DNA from: an uncultured delta proteobacterium
GTDB taxonomy: Bacteria > Myxococcota > Kuafuiibacteriia > Kuafuiibacteriales > Kuafuiibacteriaceae
Assembly: GCA_963803435.1 (NCBI GenBank)
Contig: CAWDML010000007.1
Span: 96,001-160,000 of the forward strand
Length of the DNA: 64,000 nucleotides
Direction of reading: 5' to 3'
Shown: positions 19,448-29,458 of the stretch, in pieces
Layout: each line of letters opens with the position of its first letter
How positions within the stretch are numbered: the stretch's first letter is position 1
Notes under the pieces: model-generated
Seen by the model: the letters and a program-made list of their open reading frames with translations, nothing else
Database searches by the model: none
What the model was told of the DNA's origin: nothing
Translations under genes and position numbers: made by a program

Positions 19448-19906
19448 ATGCCGCTGAAGGACGTGAAGCAGGGGGACGGAGTCCAGATCTACCACCCGGA
19501 TCTGGTCAACCTGTACGGTTGCACCATCGGTGCCGAGACCAAGATCGGCACGTTCGTGGAGATCCAGAAGAACGCGATCATCGGCCGCCGCTGCAAGATC
19601 TCTTCCCACACGTTCGTCTGTGAGGGCGTGACCATCGAGGACGAGGTCTTCGTCGGTCACGGGGTCATGTTCACGAACGATCGCACGCCGCGCGCCACCA
19701 CCGAGAGCGGCGAGCTGCAGTCGGAGGCCGACTGGACGGTGATCCCGACGCGGGTGAAGCGGGGCGCCTCGATCGGCAGCGGCGCGGTCATCCTCTGCGG
19801 CATCACGATCGGCGAGCGCGCCCTGATCGGTGCGGGCGCCGTCGTCACCCGGGACGTCCCCGACGGCGCGACGGTCGCAGGCGTCCCGGCTCAGCGGCTC
19901 CGGTAG
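19448..19906 (+). CDS. Sugar N-acetyltransferase (WbpD/WlbB/FdtC-like hexapeptide repeat)
   Basis: NLYGCTIG, IGTFVEIQKNA, KISSHTFVCEGV, GVMFTND and VTRDVP...AGVPA. Confidence 0.92.
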   Translation: MPLKDVKQGDGVQIYHPDLVNLYGCTIGAETKIGTFVEIQKNAIIGRRCKISSHTFVCEGVTIEDEVFVGHGVMFTNDRTPRATTESGELQSEADWTVIPTRVKRGASIGSGAVILCGITIGERALIGAGAVVTRDVPDGATVAGVPAQRLR

Positions 19907-20670
19907 ATCGCGAGCTCCGTGTCCTCGATCTGCACGACGTCGGGGCCGAGTCGATCGAGGACGGCGCGGGTCACGTCGTTGTAGTCGCCATACTGCGAAA
20001 AGTTGTCCCAGACGACGACCCCGCCGGGCGCCAGCATGCGGAGGGCGCTCTCGGTGTCGCGCACGACGGCGTCGTAGTGGTGGGCGCCGTCGATGAACAC
20101 GAGATCGATCTTTCCTCGATAGGGCGTGAAGTCGAACGTGGCCGAGTCGCCCCAGAGCTGTACGATCCGGCGCGCCTCCGGGCGACCGAGGTAGTCGATC
20201 CCGACCTCGTCGAGCTCGATCAGCCGCGCGTCCTCCGGCGAGACGTCGTGCGACGATCGGTCGTCGCGGGGCAGATCGAGGGTGTAGACGGTGCAACCCT
20301 CGGCGCCGTTGATCGCGAAGTTGAGCGCCGAGCGCCCGCGGAAGGTGCCGATCTCGAAGACGCTCTTCGGCTTCACCACCTTGGCGACGAACGCCAGATA
20401 GGCGAGCCAGTCGAGGCACTCGCCGACGCCATCACCGTGCTGCGTGTAGTCGACCTCGAAACGGACGCTCTTGGCCTCGGGGAAGATCTCGAAGATCCCG
20501 CGACACGCCCAGCGATCTTCACCGGCGAGCCGCATGTACGCGCGGAACACGCGACCCGGGAACCACGGGTAGCTCTTTGGGTTCTTGAGCAGCAGCTTCA
20601 ACCCGAGCAGGTTCGCCGTCTCGATGGCGCCTGCGATCTTCCGCAGTCGCTTGTTCTTGGTCAGCAACAT
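19891..20670 (-). CDS. Class I SAM-dependent methyltransferase (Methyltransf_24-like)
   Basis: VFEIGTFRGRS, YTLDLP, GDS, DLVFIDGAHHYDAV..D and LAPGGVVVWDN. Confidence 0.9.
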   Translation of the reverse strand: MLLTKNKRLRKIAGAIETANLLGLKLLLKNPKSYPWFPGRVFRAYMRLAGEDRWACRGIFEIFPEAKSVRFEVDYTQHGDGVGECLDWLAYLAFVAKVVKPKSVFEIGTFRGRSALNFAINGAEGCTVYTLDLPRDDRSSHDVSPEDARLIELDEVGIDYLGRPEARRIVQLWGDSATFDFTPYRGKIDLVFIDGAHHYDAVVRDTESALRMLAPGGVVVWDNFSQYGDYNDVTRAVLDRLGPDVVQIEDTELAIYRSR

Positions 20671-20711
20671 GGCTTGCCAGGATCCGGTCGCTGCTCTAGC
20701 AGAGACGTGAC

Positions 20712-21797
20712 GTGCGGATCCAGGTGGTAAGTCCAATGTGGCCATCTCGGGACTCGAAGCACACCGGCGTGTTCGTGAAAAACCTCTCCGAAGCGCTCGA
20801 ACGGGCCGGAATCACCGTCGACAACCGCGCCGTCATCCGAGGAAAGAGCGCGGGCCTCGCGGGGAAGATGCGCCGCCACGTCGAGCTCGGCGCCCGGATC
20901 TTGATCGACTCGGGATCGGCCGCCGACTGCCTCTACGTCCACGCACCGACCTGGTTCTCGCCGCTGGTCGAGCTGGTCCGGCGCGCGGGTCACAAGAAGC
21001 TGGTCGTTCACACGCACGGCGGCGAGGCCTATCCGCACTCGAAGGTCGAGCACGCGACCAAGCAGCTGGTCGGCTGGCTGCTCCGGGGTGCGGACCTGGT
21101 GGTGGCGCCCTCGCGCTACTACGCCGATGAGATCGCGACGGCGTTCGGCGTCCCCGAGCGACGGCTGTTCATCTCTCCGTCCGGCGGCGTCGACACCACG
21201 CTGTTCCGCCCCGTCCCCTTCGCGCGCGATGCGCTCGGGATCCCGGCGTCCGCGGTGGTGCTCGGGTTCGTGGGTCGGATCGTCGACGACAAGGGATGGG
21301 ACGTCTTCCTCGAGGTCGTGCATCGCCTCCGCGCCGGCGGCGTCGACGCCTGGGCGCTGGTGGTCGGCGACGGCGAGGACGCCGAGAAGCTCGAGGCAGA
21401 GGCGCGGAGGCTCGAGCTCCTCCGCGTGCTGGTGCGTCCCGGCGTGATCCCGCAGGCGGAGCTCCCCGCGATCTACACGGCCATGGACGTCTTCCTGTTC
21501 CCCACGCGGCGCGGGGCCGAGGCCCTCGGCCTGGTCCCGATCGAGGCGATGGCGTGCGGCGTCCCGGTGGTCGGATCGAACGGGTACGCGGTGCCCGAGT
21601 ACGTGGTGGAGGGCCGCACCGGATTCCTCGCACCCGAGCGCGACGCCGCCGCGTTCACCGCCGGCGTGCGGCGCATCCTGGATCTGCCGGACGTCGAGCG
21701 GGCCGCCCTCTGCGCGCGCGCGGTCGAGGCGGCCGCGGCCTACGATACGGAGCGCGTGACCCAAGCGCTGGTCGCACGATTGACGGATTTGCTCTAA
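20712..21797 (+). CDS. Glycosyltransferase family 4
   Basis: HTHGGE, GGVDT, FVGRIVDDKG and EALGLVPIEAMACGVPVVGS (EX7E). Confidence 0.93.
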   Translation: MRIQVVSPMWPSRDSKHTGVFVKNLSEALERAGITVDNRAVIRGKSAGLAGKMRRHVELGARILIDSGSAADCLYVHAPTWFSPLVELVRRAGHKKLVVHTHGGEAYPHSKVEHATKQLVGWLLRGADLVVAPSRYYADEIATAFGVPERRLFISPSGGVDTTLFRPVPFARDALGIPASAVVLGFVGRIVDDKGWDVFLEVVHRLRAGGVDAWALVVGDGEDAEKLEAEARRLELLRVLVRPGVIPQAELPAIYTAMDVFLFPTRRGAEALGLVPIEAMACGVPVVGSNGYAVPEYVVEGRTGFLAPERDAAAFTAGVRRILDLPDVERAALCARAVEAAAAYDTERVTQALVARLTDLL

Positions 21798-21882
21798 ACC
21801 CCTGGAAAGCCCCCAATCTTGCCCGCCGTCATGTCACAAAGCCTTGACCATCCCGTTGCGGGTGCCGGTAGAACCACCCGCA

Positions 21883-22928
21883 ATGACCACGTTGGGGATG
21901 ATCGGCTGCGGCTACTGGGGCCCGAATCTCCTCCGGAACTACGCGCAGCTCGACGGCGTTCGGGTCAAGGCCGTCGCCGATCGGATGCCTGAACGGCGCG
22001 CTTTCCTCGCGAAGAGCTATCCGGGGGTCGCCGTGGTCGACGACGGGGAGGCGATCCTCCGGGACCCGGAGATCGAGGCCGTGGTGGTGGCGACGCCGGC
22101 CGCGACCCACGCGCGCCTGGTCGGGGAGGCCCTCGACGCCGGCAAGGACGTCTTCGTCGAGAAGCCGCTGGCGATGAGCACCGAGGACGCGGTCCGACTG
22201 GCCAGGCTGGCCGAGTCCCGCGGTCGCATCCTGATGGTCGGTCACACGTTCCTCTTCAACGAGGCCGTGCGCGAGCTGAAGCGACGCATCGACCGCGGCG
22301 ACCTGGGCAACCTCCACTATCTGTACAGCCAGCGCCTCAACCTCGGGATCGTGCGGAGCGACGTCAACGCCTCCTGGAACCTGGCGCCTCACGACGTCTC
22401 CATCGCGAACTACCTCCTCGGCCAGGATCCGATCCGGGTGAGCGCCAGCGGCGTGCGCGCGCTTCAACCCGAGGCCGAGCGTCTCGACGATGTGGTCTTC
22501 CTCTCGATCCTGTATCCGAACGACGTGGTGATGCACGCGCACGTCTCCTGGCTGGACCCGCGCAAGGTGCGCACCATGACGGTGGTGGGCGATCGCAAGA
22601 TGATCGTCTATGACGACGTCTCCTCCGACAAGCTCTACATCTACGACAAGGGCATCACGCGGGGAGATCCGGTGCCCGAGGAGCAGCCCGACAACTTCGC
22701 GCGCTTCAAGATGATCACGCGCGCCGGCGATCTCTGATCCCGAACCTCCGCACGCCCGAGCCGCTCGCCGTCGAGTGCAGGCACTTCGTCGACTGCGTGC
22801 GCACGCGGGCCCGGCCGCTGACGGACGCCTGGTCAGGAGTGTCCGTGACCGCGGTGCTGGAGGCTGCCGATCGATCGCTGGCACGGAGCGGCGCACCCGA
22901 AGACGTGGTGATCCCGCCGCGAGGATGA
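21883..22928 (+). CDS. Gfo/Idh/MocA oxidoreductase (WbpB/WlbA-like sugar dehydrogenase); frameshift near 22733
   Basis: GCGYWG, VEKP, GHTF and LAPHD; the shifted frame continues LIPNLRTPEPLAVECRHFVDC...* to 22928. Confidence 0.88.
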
Positions 22929-22932
22929 ACCG

Positions 22933-24054
22933 ATGACTGCATCAAGACCCGAAACCATCCCGTTCGTCGATCTGGCCGGCCAGTATCGCCGCCATCAGGC
23001 CGAGCTGGACGCGGCCATCCAGGCGGTGCTCGAGAGCGCCGCCTTCATCGGCGGCCCCGCGCTCGGCCGCTTCGAGAAGGCCTTCGCCGAGATGTGCGGC
23101 GTCGAGCACTGCGTCGGCTGCGGCAATGGCACCGACGCGATCTACCTGACGCTGCGCGCGCTCGGCGTCGGCGCCGGCGACGAGGTGATCGCGCCGGTCA
23201 ACACGTTCATCGCCACCACCGAGGCGATCTCGATGACCGGCGCCCGGCCGGTGTTCGTCGACGTCGATGAGCGCCACGCGCTGATCGATCCCGCGCTCGT
23301 CGAACGCGCGATCACACCGCGCACCAAGGCGATCGTCCCGGTCCACCTCTACGGACAGCTCGCGGACATGGACGCGATCGGAACGCTGGCGAAGCAGCAC
23401 CAGCTCGCCGTCGTCGAGGACTCGGCCCAGGCTCACGCCGCCACCTGGAAGGGCCGGCGCGCCGGAGCGTTCGGCCACGCCGCCTGCTTCAGCTTCTACC
23501 CCGGCAAGAACCTGGGCGCGTACGGCGACGCCGGTGCCGTCGTGACCGGCGACGCCGGCCTCGCCGAGACGATCCGAAAGATCGCGAACCACGGGCGCGC
23601 CGACAAGTTCGGTCACGAGGTCGAGGGCGTGAACTCGCGCCTCGACGGTCTCCAGGCCGCCATCCTCGAGGTCAAGCTCCGCCACCTGGAGACGTGGACC
23701 GCCGAGCGACGAAGCGCCGCCAAGCGCTACACCGAGATGCTCACCGGCGTGGCGGGCGTGATCCTCCCCGCGGTGCGCGAGGAGGGCGCCCACGTCTTCC
23801 ACCTCTACGTGATCCGCGTGAAGGACCGGGACGGGCTCCGCAAGCGGCTCACCGATCGGAACATTCAGAGCGGCATCCACTATCCCACGCCGCTCCACCT
23901 GTTGAAGGCCTACGCCCACCTCGGTCACGCGAAGGGCGCGTTCCCGGTGGCGGAGAAGCTCGCGGAGGAGATCGTCTCGCTCCCGATCTTCCCCGAGATC
24001 ACCGAGGCCCAGCAGGCGCGCGTGGTGGCGGTGGTGAAGGAGCACGTCCGATGA
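22933..24054 (+). CDS. DegT/DnrJ/EryC1/StrS PLP-dependent sugar aminotransferase
   Basis: IPFVDL, NGTDA, VHLYGQ, EDSAQAH, SFYPGKNLGAYGDAG (PLP Lys), NSRLDGLQAA and IHYP. Confidence 0.96.
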   Translation: MTASRPETIPFVDLAGQYRRHQAELDAAIQAVLESAAFIGGPALGRFEKAFAEMCGVEHCVGCGNGTDAIYLTLRALGVGAGDEVIAPVNTFIATTEAISMTGARPVFVDVDERHALIDPALVERAITPRTKAIVPVHLYGQLADMDAIGTLAKQHQLAVVEDSAQAHAATWKGRRAGAFGHAACFSFYPGKNLGAYGDAGAVVTGDAGLAETIRKIANHGRADKFGHEVEGVNSRLDGLQAAILEVKLRHLETWTAERRSAAKRYTEMLTGVAGVILPAVREEGAHVFHLYVIRVKDRDGLRKRLTDRNIQSGIHYPTPLHLLKAYAHLGHAKGAFPVAEKLAEEIVSLPIFPEITEAQQARVVAVVKEHVR

Positions 24055-25061
24055 GGCTCGCGGTCGTCGGCGCCGGCTACTGGGGCCCCAACCTGGTACG
24101 CAGCCTGCTCGGCCTGCGGATCGATGACGTCGTGGTCTGCGACAAGGATCCCGGGCGGCTCGACCTGATCAAGACGCGCTATCCGCCGGTCACCGTCACC
24201 ACCGACTACGACCAGGTGCTTCGCGACCCCGAGGTCGAGGGCGTGCTGCTGGCCACCCCGATCTCGACGCACGGCCGGATGGGCGTGGAGGCGCTGAAGG
24301 CCGGCAAGCACCTCTTCATCGAGAAGCCCCTGGCCAGCTCCACGACGGAGGCCGAAGAGCTGATCGCGAACGCCCGGAAGGCCGAGCGCGTGCTCATGGT
24401 CGGACACACGTTCGAGTACTCGCCGCCGGTGCTGCGCTGCAAGCAGGCGATCGACAACGGTGACCTCGGCGAGCTCTTCTTCATCTCGGTGATGCGCGTG
24501 AACCTCGGGCTACATCAGCGCGACGCGTCGGTGATCTGGGACCTGGTCCCGCACGACTTCTCGATCCTCTTCTACTGGCTCAACGAGTCGCCCACGTACA
24601 TCCACGCCTTCGGACGCGACTGCGTGCAGAAGGGCATCCCGGACGTGGCGTTCCTCAACCTCAGGTTCCCCAGCGGCGTCATCGCCAACATCGAGGTGGC
24701 CTGGCTCGCGCCCTCGAAGCTGCGCCGCACCGCGATCGTCGGACAGCGGAAGATGCTGGTCTACGACGACACCGAGAACATCGAGAAGGTGAAGATCTAC
24801 GACCAGGGCGTCGACATGAAGGACCCCGACAACTTCGGCGAGTTCCACCTCTCCTATCGAACCGGCGACATCGTCAGCCCACGGCTGTCCTCGGTGGAGC
24901 CGCTCAAGGTGGAGATGGAGCACTTCCTCGAGTGCATCCGGACCGGCAACACGCCCCGCACCGACGGGCTCTCGGGGCTCCGCGTGGTCGAGGCGCTCCA
25001 GGCCGCCGAGCAGTCGCTGGCCTCCGGTCAGCCCGTCCATCTGGACGGCCGGCGGTGGTGA
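24051..25061 (+). CDS. Second Gfo/Idh/MocA oxidoreductase
   Basis: ATGA overlap; GAGYWGPNL, IEKP, GHTF, LVPHD and EPLKVEMEHF. Confidence 0.92.
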   Translation: MRLAVVGAGYWGPNLVRSLLGLRIDDVVVCDKDPGRLDLIKTRYPPVTVTTDYDQVLRDPEVEGVLLATPISTHGRMGVEALKAGKHLFIEKPLASSTTEAEELIANARKAERVLMVGHTFEYSPPVLRCKQAIDNGDLGELFFISVMRVNLGLHQRDASVIWDLVPHDFSILFYWLNESPTYIHAFGRDCVQKGIPDVAFLNLRFPSGVIANIEVAWLAPSKLRRTAIVGQRKMLVYDDTENIEKVKIYDQGVDMKDPDNFGEFHLSYRTGDIVSPRLSSVEPLKVEMEHFLECIRTGNTPRTDGLSGLRVVEALQAAEQSLASGQPVHLDGRRW

Positions 25062-26446
25062 AGTTCCGCGGCGAGTCGGTCCGCGCGTTCCTGATCGTCT
25101 GGGTCGCGTGCTTCGCCGCCTGCTGGCTGGCCGCCTTCTGGAGCGGGACCGACAAGCGGATCTGGATCGACGGTGCGAGGCCCCGGGCGCAGTTCATCGA
25201 TCTCGACTGGCCCGCCGAGCACGTGGTCCAGAGCTACTGGGGCGGGCCGGAGCAACCGTATCGCGGCGCCGACCTGGCGAGCTATCTGCTGGCCGGGCGG
25301 CACGTGCTCCGCACCGGGAAGTTCGACCCCGGCTACGTCGAGTTCTGGCCGCCCGCGCTGCCATTCACGATCGCCGGGATCATCCGCTTCACGGGCGAGT
25401 CGGAGTATCCGTTCAAGATGGTGGTGGCCGGCGTGTTCCTCTGGTCGCTGGCGCTGGCGGCGCTCGTCCTCCTGATCCCGGCCTCCCCGAACCGCGTCGC
25501 TGCCGTGGCGCTGCCGCTGGCCTTCCTGCTCCTCCCCGAGCTTCGCGAGTGGACCTTCGGCTTCGGCAGCTTGATGACGGAGACCAGCTCCCACGCGGTC
25601 CTCATGATCTCGATCGCCGCCTGCCTCGTGGCCATCCACCGGCAGAGCCTCGCCTGGGCGGCGCTGGGCGCGACCTTGTTCGCGCTGGCCGCCTACTATC
25701 GAGCGGCGTTCGAGATGCAGGGCGAGGCCGTGTTCGCCGCGATGACGGTGGTCGCGTTGATCGCGTTCGCCGTCAAGCGCTCGCCGGCCACCAAGAGGCT
25801 AGCCCTGGCCGCCCTGCTAGCCGTGGGCGTCTTCAACGTGGCGCTGGCACCGTGGCGGCTCTACAAGAAGCACTACTTCGGCACCACGCGCTGGTACTCG
25901 GCCGACGATGCCTACGTCTTCGGCTTCGTCTGGAAGAAGGACGACGAGCTCCGGTGGTACATGCGCGGCGCGAACCCCGCCTGCCACGTCGATCCGGAGC
26001 AGTGCGAGGCGCTCTTCCAGAGGCGCGGCCAGCTCAAGGGACGCGAGGTCAAGCAGGCCGCGTTCAGCACGCTCGCCCACCACCCCTTCGGCTGGTTCGC
26101 GTTCAAGGTGAAGAACCTGCATTGGCTCTGGTTCAACCGCAGCTGGAGCAGCTTCACGTCGGAGCCGCTGATCTTCCTCGAAGGTCTGCTCCTGCTCGTG
26201 CTGGGCCTGCTCGGTTTTGCTGCCCTGTCGCGCCGCGCCTATCGCTCGCGCGACCCCACCTCGATCGGCGTGCTGGCCTTCCTCATTTTTCTGGCCGGCA
26301 TCAACATCGCGATCTTCACGTTCCTGCACTTCGAGTGGCGGTACTCGCAGACGCTCCGCACGCTGTGCTTCTTCCTCCCGCTCGTCTGGCTATGGCTCCG
26401 CTCGCTCCCCGCTAATCCTCATAGTGCGAGAGCCCCAGCCAGTTGA
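25058..26446 (+). CDS. Polytopic membrane protein, GT-C-like (putative lipid-linked sugar transferase/modifier)
   Basis: D..SY, FWPP..P, multiple TMs, MTE, and EWRY near the C-terminus; coupled to the end of the operon. Confidence 0.55.
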   Translation: MKFRGESVRAFLIVWVACFAACWLAAFWSGTDKRIWIDGARPRAQFIDLDWPAEHVVQSYWGGPEQPYRGADLASYLLAGRHVLRTGKFDPGYVEFWPPALPFTIAGIIRFTGESEYPFKMVVAGVFLWSLALAALVLLIPASPNRVAAVALPLAFLLLPELREWTFGFGSLMTETSSHAVLMISIAACLVAIHRQSLAWAALGATLFALAAYYRAAFEMQGEAVFAAMTVVALIAFAVKRSPATKRLALAALLAVGVFNVALAPWRLYKKHYFGTTRWYSADDAYVFGFVWKKDDELRWYMRGANPACHVDPEQCEALFQRRGQLKGREVKQAAFSTLAHHPFGWFAFKVKNLHWLWFNRSWSSFTSEPLIFLEGLLLLVLGLLGFAALSRRAYRSRDPTSIGVLAFLIFLAGINIAIFTFLHFEWRYSQTLRTLCFFLPLVWLWLRSLPANPHSARAPAS

Positions 26447-27302
26447 TGAAGTCTGCGTCCTCGCGCTGCCGCCCCATGCCCTCGGACGCCAGGTGCGCCC
26501 GGAACCGCTCGACCAAAGTGCCCTCGAGCGTCCACTCGGCGTCCGCCACCGCGAAGTAGCCGTAGATGTAATCGAATGGGTTGAGGATCCGGTAGTGGAC
26601 GGAGATGCCGTGATCGGTGCGGAGCACGGGCTCGACCTCCGGATGATCGACGACGTTGGCGAAGGGGAACAGCACCGGATAGACGGATCCCTTCCAGGAG
26701 GTCCACGACTGGTGCGGCTTCCACCAGAAGCTCCGGATCGAGAGGCTCGGCTCCGACGCACGATAGAGATCCCACGCGCTCTGGTGAAGCGACGGATCCT
26801 CCTCGCCGCTCCGCAGCCTGAACAGCTCCCAGTGATCCTCGAGGAACACCTCCAGATAGCCGAACCCGATCGAGCTCTTGACGCCGCCGATCCACCGCGC
26901 GCGCAGCCCGAACGCGGTGAGGGCGCCGACCGCGAGCGAGTGGATCTCGCACGCCCCCGACTTGGCTCGATAGAGGTCGACCGCACGGACGCTCATGACC
27001 TCGTCGGCGGCGGTCTCCTCGTCGATCCAGCGGATCAGGCGGAGGACCTTCGCGCGGTCGGTGGTCTCCGATGCCAGAAAGCCGAACGCCTCCCGCAGGA
27101 GCTGGAGATCCTCCTTGCTCGCATAGGCGTGCGCGAAGTCGTTGTCCGCCAGCCCGCGGTACAGCGAGTTCTTGAGATCCAGGTAATACGGAAGGGCGGC
27201 CTCGAGCCGTAGATACTCCGGCTCGAAGCTCCACGCCGCCCAGCACCCCGTCCCGAGGCCCACCACGAGACCGACCAAGAACCCGGCGATCGCTCTCCGC
27301 AC
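26412..27302 (-). CDS. Membrane-anchored protein with degenerate transglutaminase-like domain
   Basis: N-terminal TM; GACEIHS...AFGLRARWI...YLEVFLEDHWELF resembles the TGase Cys and strand motifs, but the catalytic His is not evident. Confidence 0.45.
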   Translation of the reverse strand: MRRAIAGFLVGLVVGLGTGCWAAWSFEPEYLRLEAALPYYLDLKNSLYRGLADNDFAHAYASKEDLQLLREAFGFLASETTDRAKVLRLIRWIDEETAADEVMSVRAVDLYRAKSGACEIHSLAVGALTAFGLRARWIGGVKSSIGFGYLEVFLEDHWELFRLRSGEEDPSLHQSAWDLYRASEPSLSIRSFWWKPHQSWTSWKGSVYPVLFPFANVVDHPEVEPVLRTDHGISVHYRILNPFDYIYGYFAVADAEWTLEGTLVERFRAHLASEGMGRQREDADFINWLGLSHYED

Positions 27303-27323
27303 GACGCGTTCCTATCACATTGT

Positions 27324-29084
27324 CTAGCGAGACGAACGGGCCGCCTCGACCTCGGCGCGCCGCACCCGGGCGGTCGCCATGGTGCCCTCGTCCTCGGCGA
27401 TGAACCGCGCCACCATCAGCCGATCCATCAGCGCGAGCAGCCCTCTCGTGCGCTCGGGGGCCAGCTCGACCGAGAGACGCGCCAGGTGCGGTACCCAAAC
27501 CAGCAGCATGAAGAAGTGATAGCTGCGCGGCCCGCCGAACGCGCGCGCGTACCGGAGCTCGTTCGGGTCCTCCGGTGTCCACATCCAGTCCTGCGACACT
27601 GCGTAGTCGAGCCCATCCAGGCCGGCCACGAAGAGCCGGCGCCACCAATCGAAGTCCGCCGCTCTTCCCAGCTTGCGCGCCAGCAGCGCCAGCTCGCCGA
27701 CGTTGCCGAGGTTGGTGGCGTGCGTGTTGATGATCCACGGCAGCGTCTCGGCGATCGGTACGTCGAGATAGTCGAACCAGACGCCGCCGTTCGGGGTCCG
27801 CTTCGCGAAGCCCGGGCGCTCCGGATCGAAGACCTTGCGGGCGTTCTGGAGCTCGCCGTAGATCGCGGCCTTCTCGGCGTCGGTGAGGAACGGCGAGTCG
27901 AACAGGCGCGCGTATTCCTCGAGCCGAAACTCCCAGTACTGGCAGAAGACGATGGTGCGGATCTCGCCCGGATCGCGCATCTGCTTCGTCCACTGGGGCT
28001 GCATCATCAGGTTCGGCGGCGCACCCTTCGCCCGCCCGGCCTCCACGAAGAACGTAAGCATTCGAAACGCCTGGTCGCGCAGGAGCGCGCGAGGCTCCAG
28101 CGGATCGGTCCGTATGCCCTTCATGCTCGCCGTCATGTCCCCCCAGGCGAAGCCGCCCGGGTGGCCATAGGTGTACTTCGAGGCGTCGATCCAGCTCGCC
28201 AGCTCTCCCGGGAAGTAGCGAAGCATGCGGAGCCCCGATTGCCGGTACGAGAGCGGGATCTGGGCCTTGTCCATCGCCCAGTACCCGTCGCCTCCGGGGA
28301 GGACGGGTGCATCCCGGTCGAGCGGCGACTCGGCGATGCGAAACTGCTCGAACGCCGAGGCCGCGCTGCCGCGGTACGGCATCACGTAGATGGGAAAGTC
28401 GAAGGTGCTCGCATCTTCGAGCGCGCGCTCGGGGAAGCGAACCTCGACCCGCCCCGGCGCCGCCACCACCTGCGCGGTCAGCGTGGCGGTGACCGTGTAG
28501 TCCTCGAGATACCAGCGGCGGATCTCGGGCCGATGCGGGAAGAAGAACACGACGCCCTCCGAGTCGTCGGGAGCGCGGAAGACGACGAACGGCTTGGTGG
28601 TGCGGGAAGGATCGAGCGCGAGCTCGCGCAAGCCGCCAATCGACGGAGCATCGCGCTCGAACGCGATCATCTCGGTCAGGCGGTCGGGGATCTCGAACGC
28701 GTGGTCCCGCAGCCGGTGCCTCATGCGAGGGAACAGGCTGGCGATCGGCGAGCCGCGGAACACCTCGAGGTCGCGCTCCTCGTCCGGCCCGATCCAGGCG
28801 AAGCGCATCGCGTAGCCGCGGCTCAGGCTGGTCCCCGCCGTCGCGCCGGGCGCGCCCAGGTAGCGAACCTCAGGACCGTCGTCCAGGCGAATCACCACGA
28901 CGCCCATGCGGGCGGCGAGCTCGAGCCGAAGGGGGCCGACCGCAACCTCGGCGGGCAACGGCGACAGCGGAGGGCGCGGCCAGCGTATCGGCGGCTGGTT
29001 CTCCACCTCGGGCCGCGCCGGGATCCGATGCGCGCACGCGCCGGCGAGGAAGCAAGCCCCGATCGATGCAAGCGAGAGTCGCAT
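27324..29084 (-). CDS. Hypothetical lipoprotein
   Basis: Lipobox LAGAC; 586-aa protein-like ORF rich in aromatic residues; no family recognised. Confidence 0.6.
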   Translation of the reverse strand: MRLSLASIGACFLAGACAHRIPARPEVENQPPIRWPRPPLSPLPAEVAVGPLRLELAARMGVVVIRLDDGPEVRYLGAPGATAGTSLSRGYAMRFAWIGPDEERDLEVFRGSPIASLFPRMRHRLRDHAFEIPDRLTEMIAFERDAPSIGGLRELALDPSRTTKPFVVFRAPDDSEGVVFFFPHRPEIRRWYLEDYTVTATLTAQVVAAPGRVEVRFPERALEDASTFDFPIYVMPYRGSAASAFEQFRIAESPLDRDAPVLPGGDGYWAMDKAQIPLSYRQSGLRMLRYFPGELASWIDASKYTYGHPGGFAWGDMTASMKGIRTDPLEPRALLRDQAFRMLTFFVEAGRAKGAPPNLMMQPQWTKQMRDPGEIRTIVFCQYWEFRLEEYARLFDSPFLTDAEKAAIYGELQNARKVFDPERPGFAKRTPNGGVWFDYLDVPIAETLPWIINTHATNLGNVGELALLARKLGRAADFDWWRRLFVAGLDGLDYAVSQDWMWTPEDPNELRYARAFGGPRSYHFFMLLVWVPHLARLSVELAPERTRGLLALMDRLMVARFIAEDEGTMATARVRRAEVEAARSSR

Positions 29085-29110
29085 CAGCTCTTCTGCTAGG
29101 CTAACGCTGG

Positions 29111-29458
29111 ATGCAACCCTTGTCGTTCGATCAGTTCTGGTCGTGGCTCCAGCGCCACCCGAACTGCATCATCCGCGTCGGGGGGCCCGACGCCATCGTC
29201 TATGACCACGACGATCACCACTGGGGCTTCGGGCTCGATAACGACGGCAGCGTCTTCGTCCAGATGATGCGCGGCAAGCGAGCCGTCGCCGAGGTGTTCA
29301 TCGACCCGCGCGAGATCACGTTCGTCACCGTCGAGAAGGGTGAGAATGAGGAGTTCCTCTTCCAGCTCCGCGACGCGGCGGAGAAGGCGCTCTTCTACTT
29401 CGCGATGTCGCACGACTTCGACGAGGCGGAGACGTCCGCGAAGCCGCACTGGAACTGA
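29111..29458 (+). CDS. Hypothetical protein
   Basis: Protein-like composition (LSFDQFWSWLQRHPNCIIRVG..DAIVYD); fills the gap between flanking genes. Confidence 0.7.
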   Translation: MQPLSFDQFWSWLQRHPNCIIRVGGPDAIVYDHDDHHWGFGLDNDGSVFVQMMRGKRAVAEVFIDPREITFVTVEKGENEEFLFQLRDAAEKALFYFAMSHDFDEAETSAKPHWN

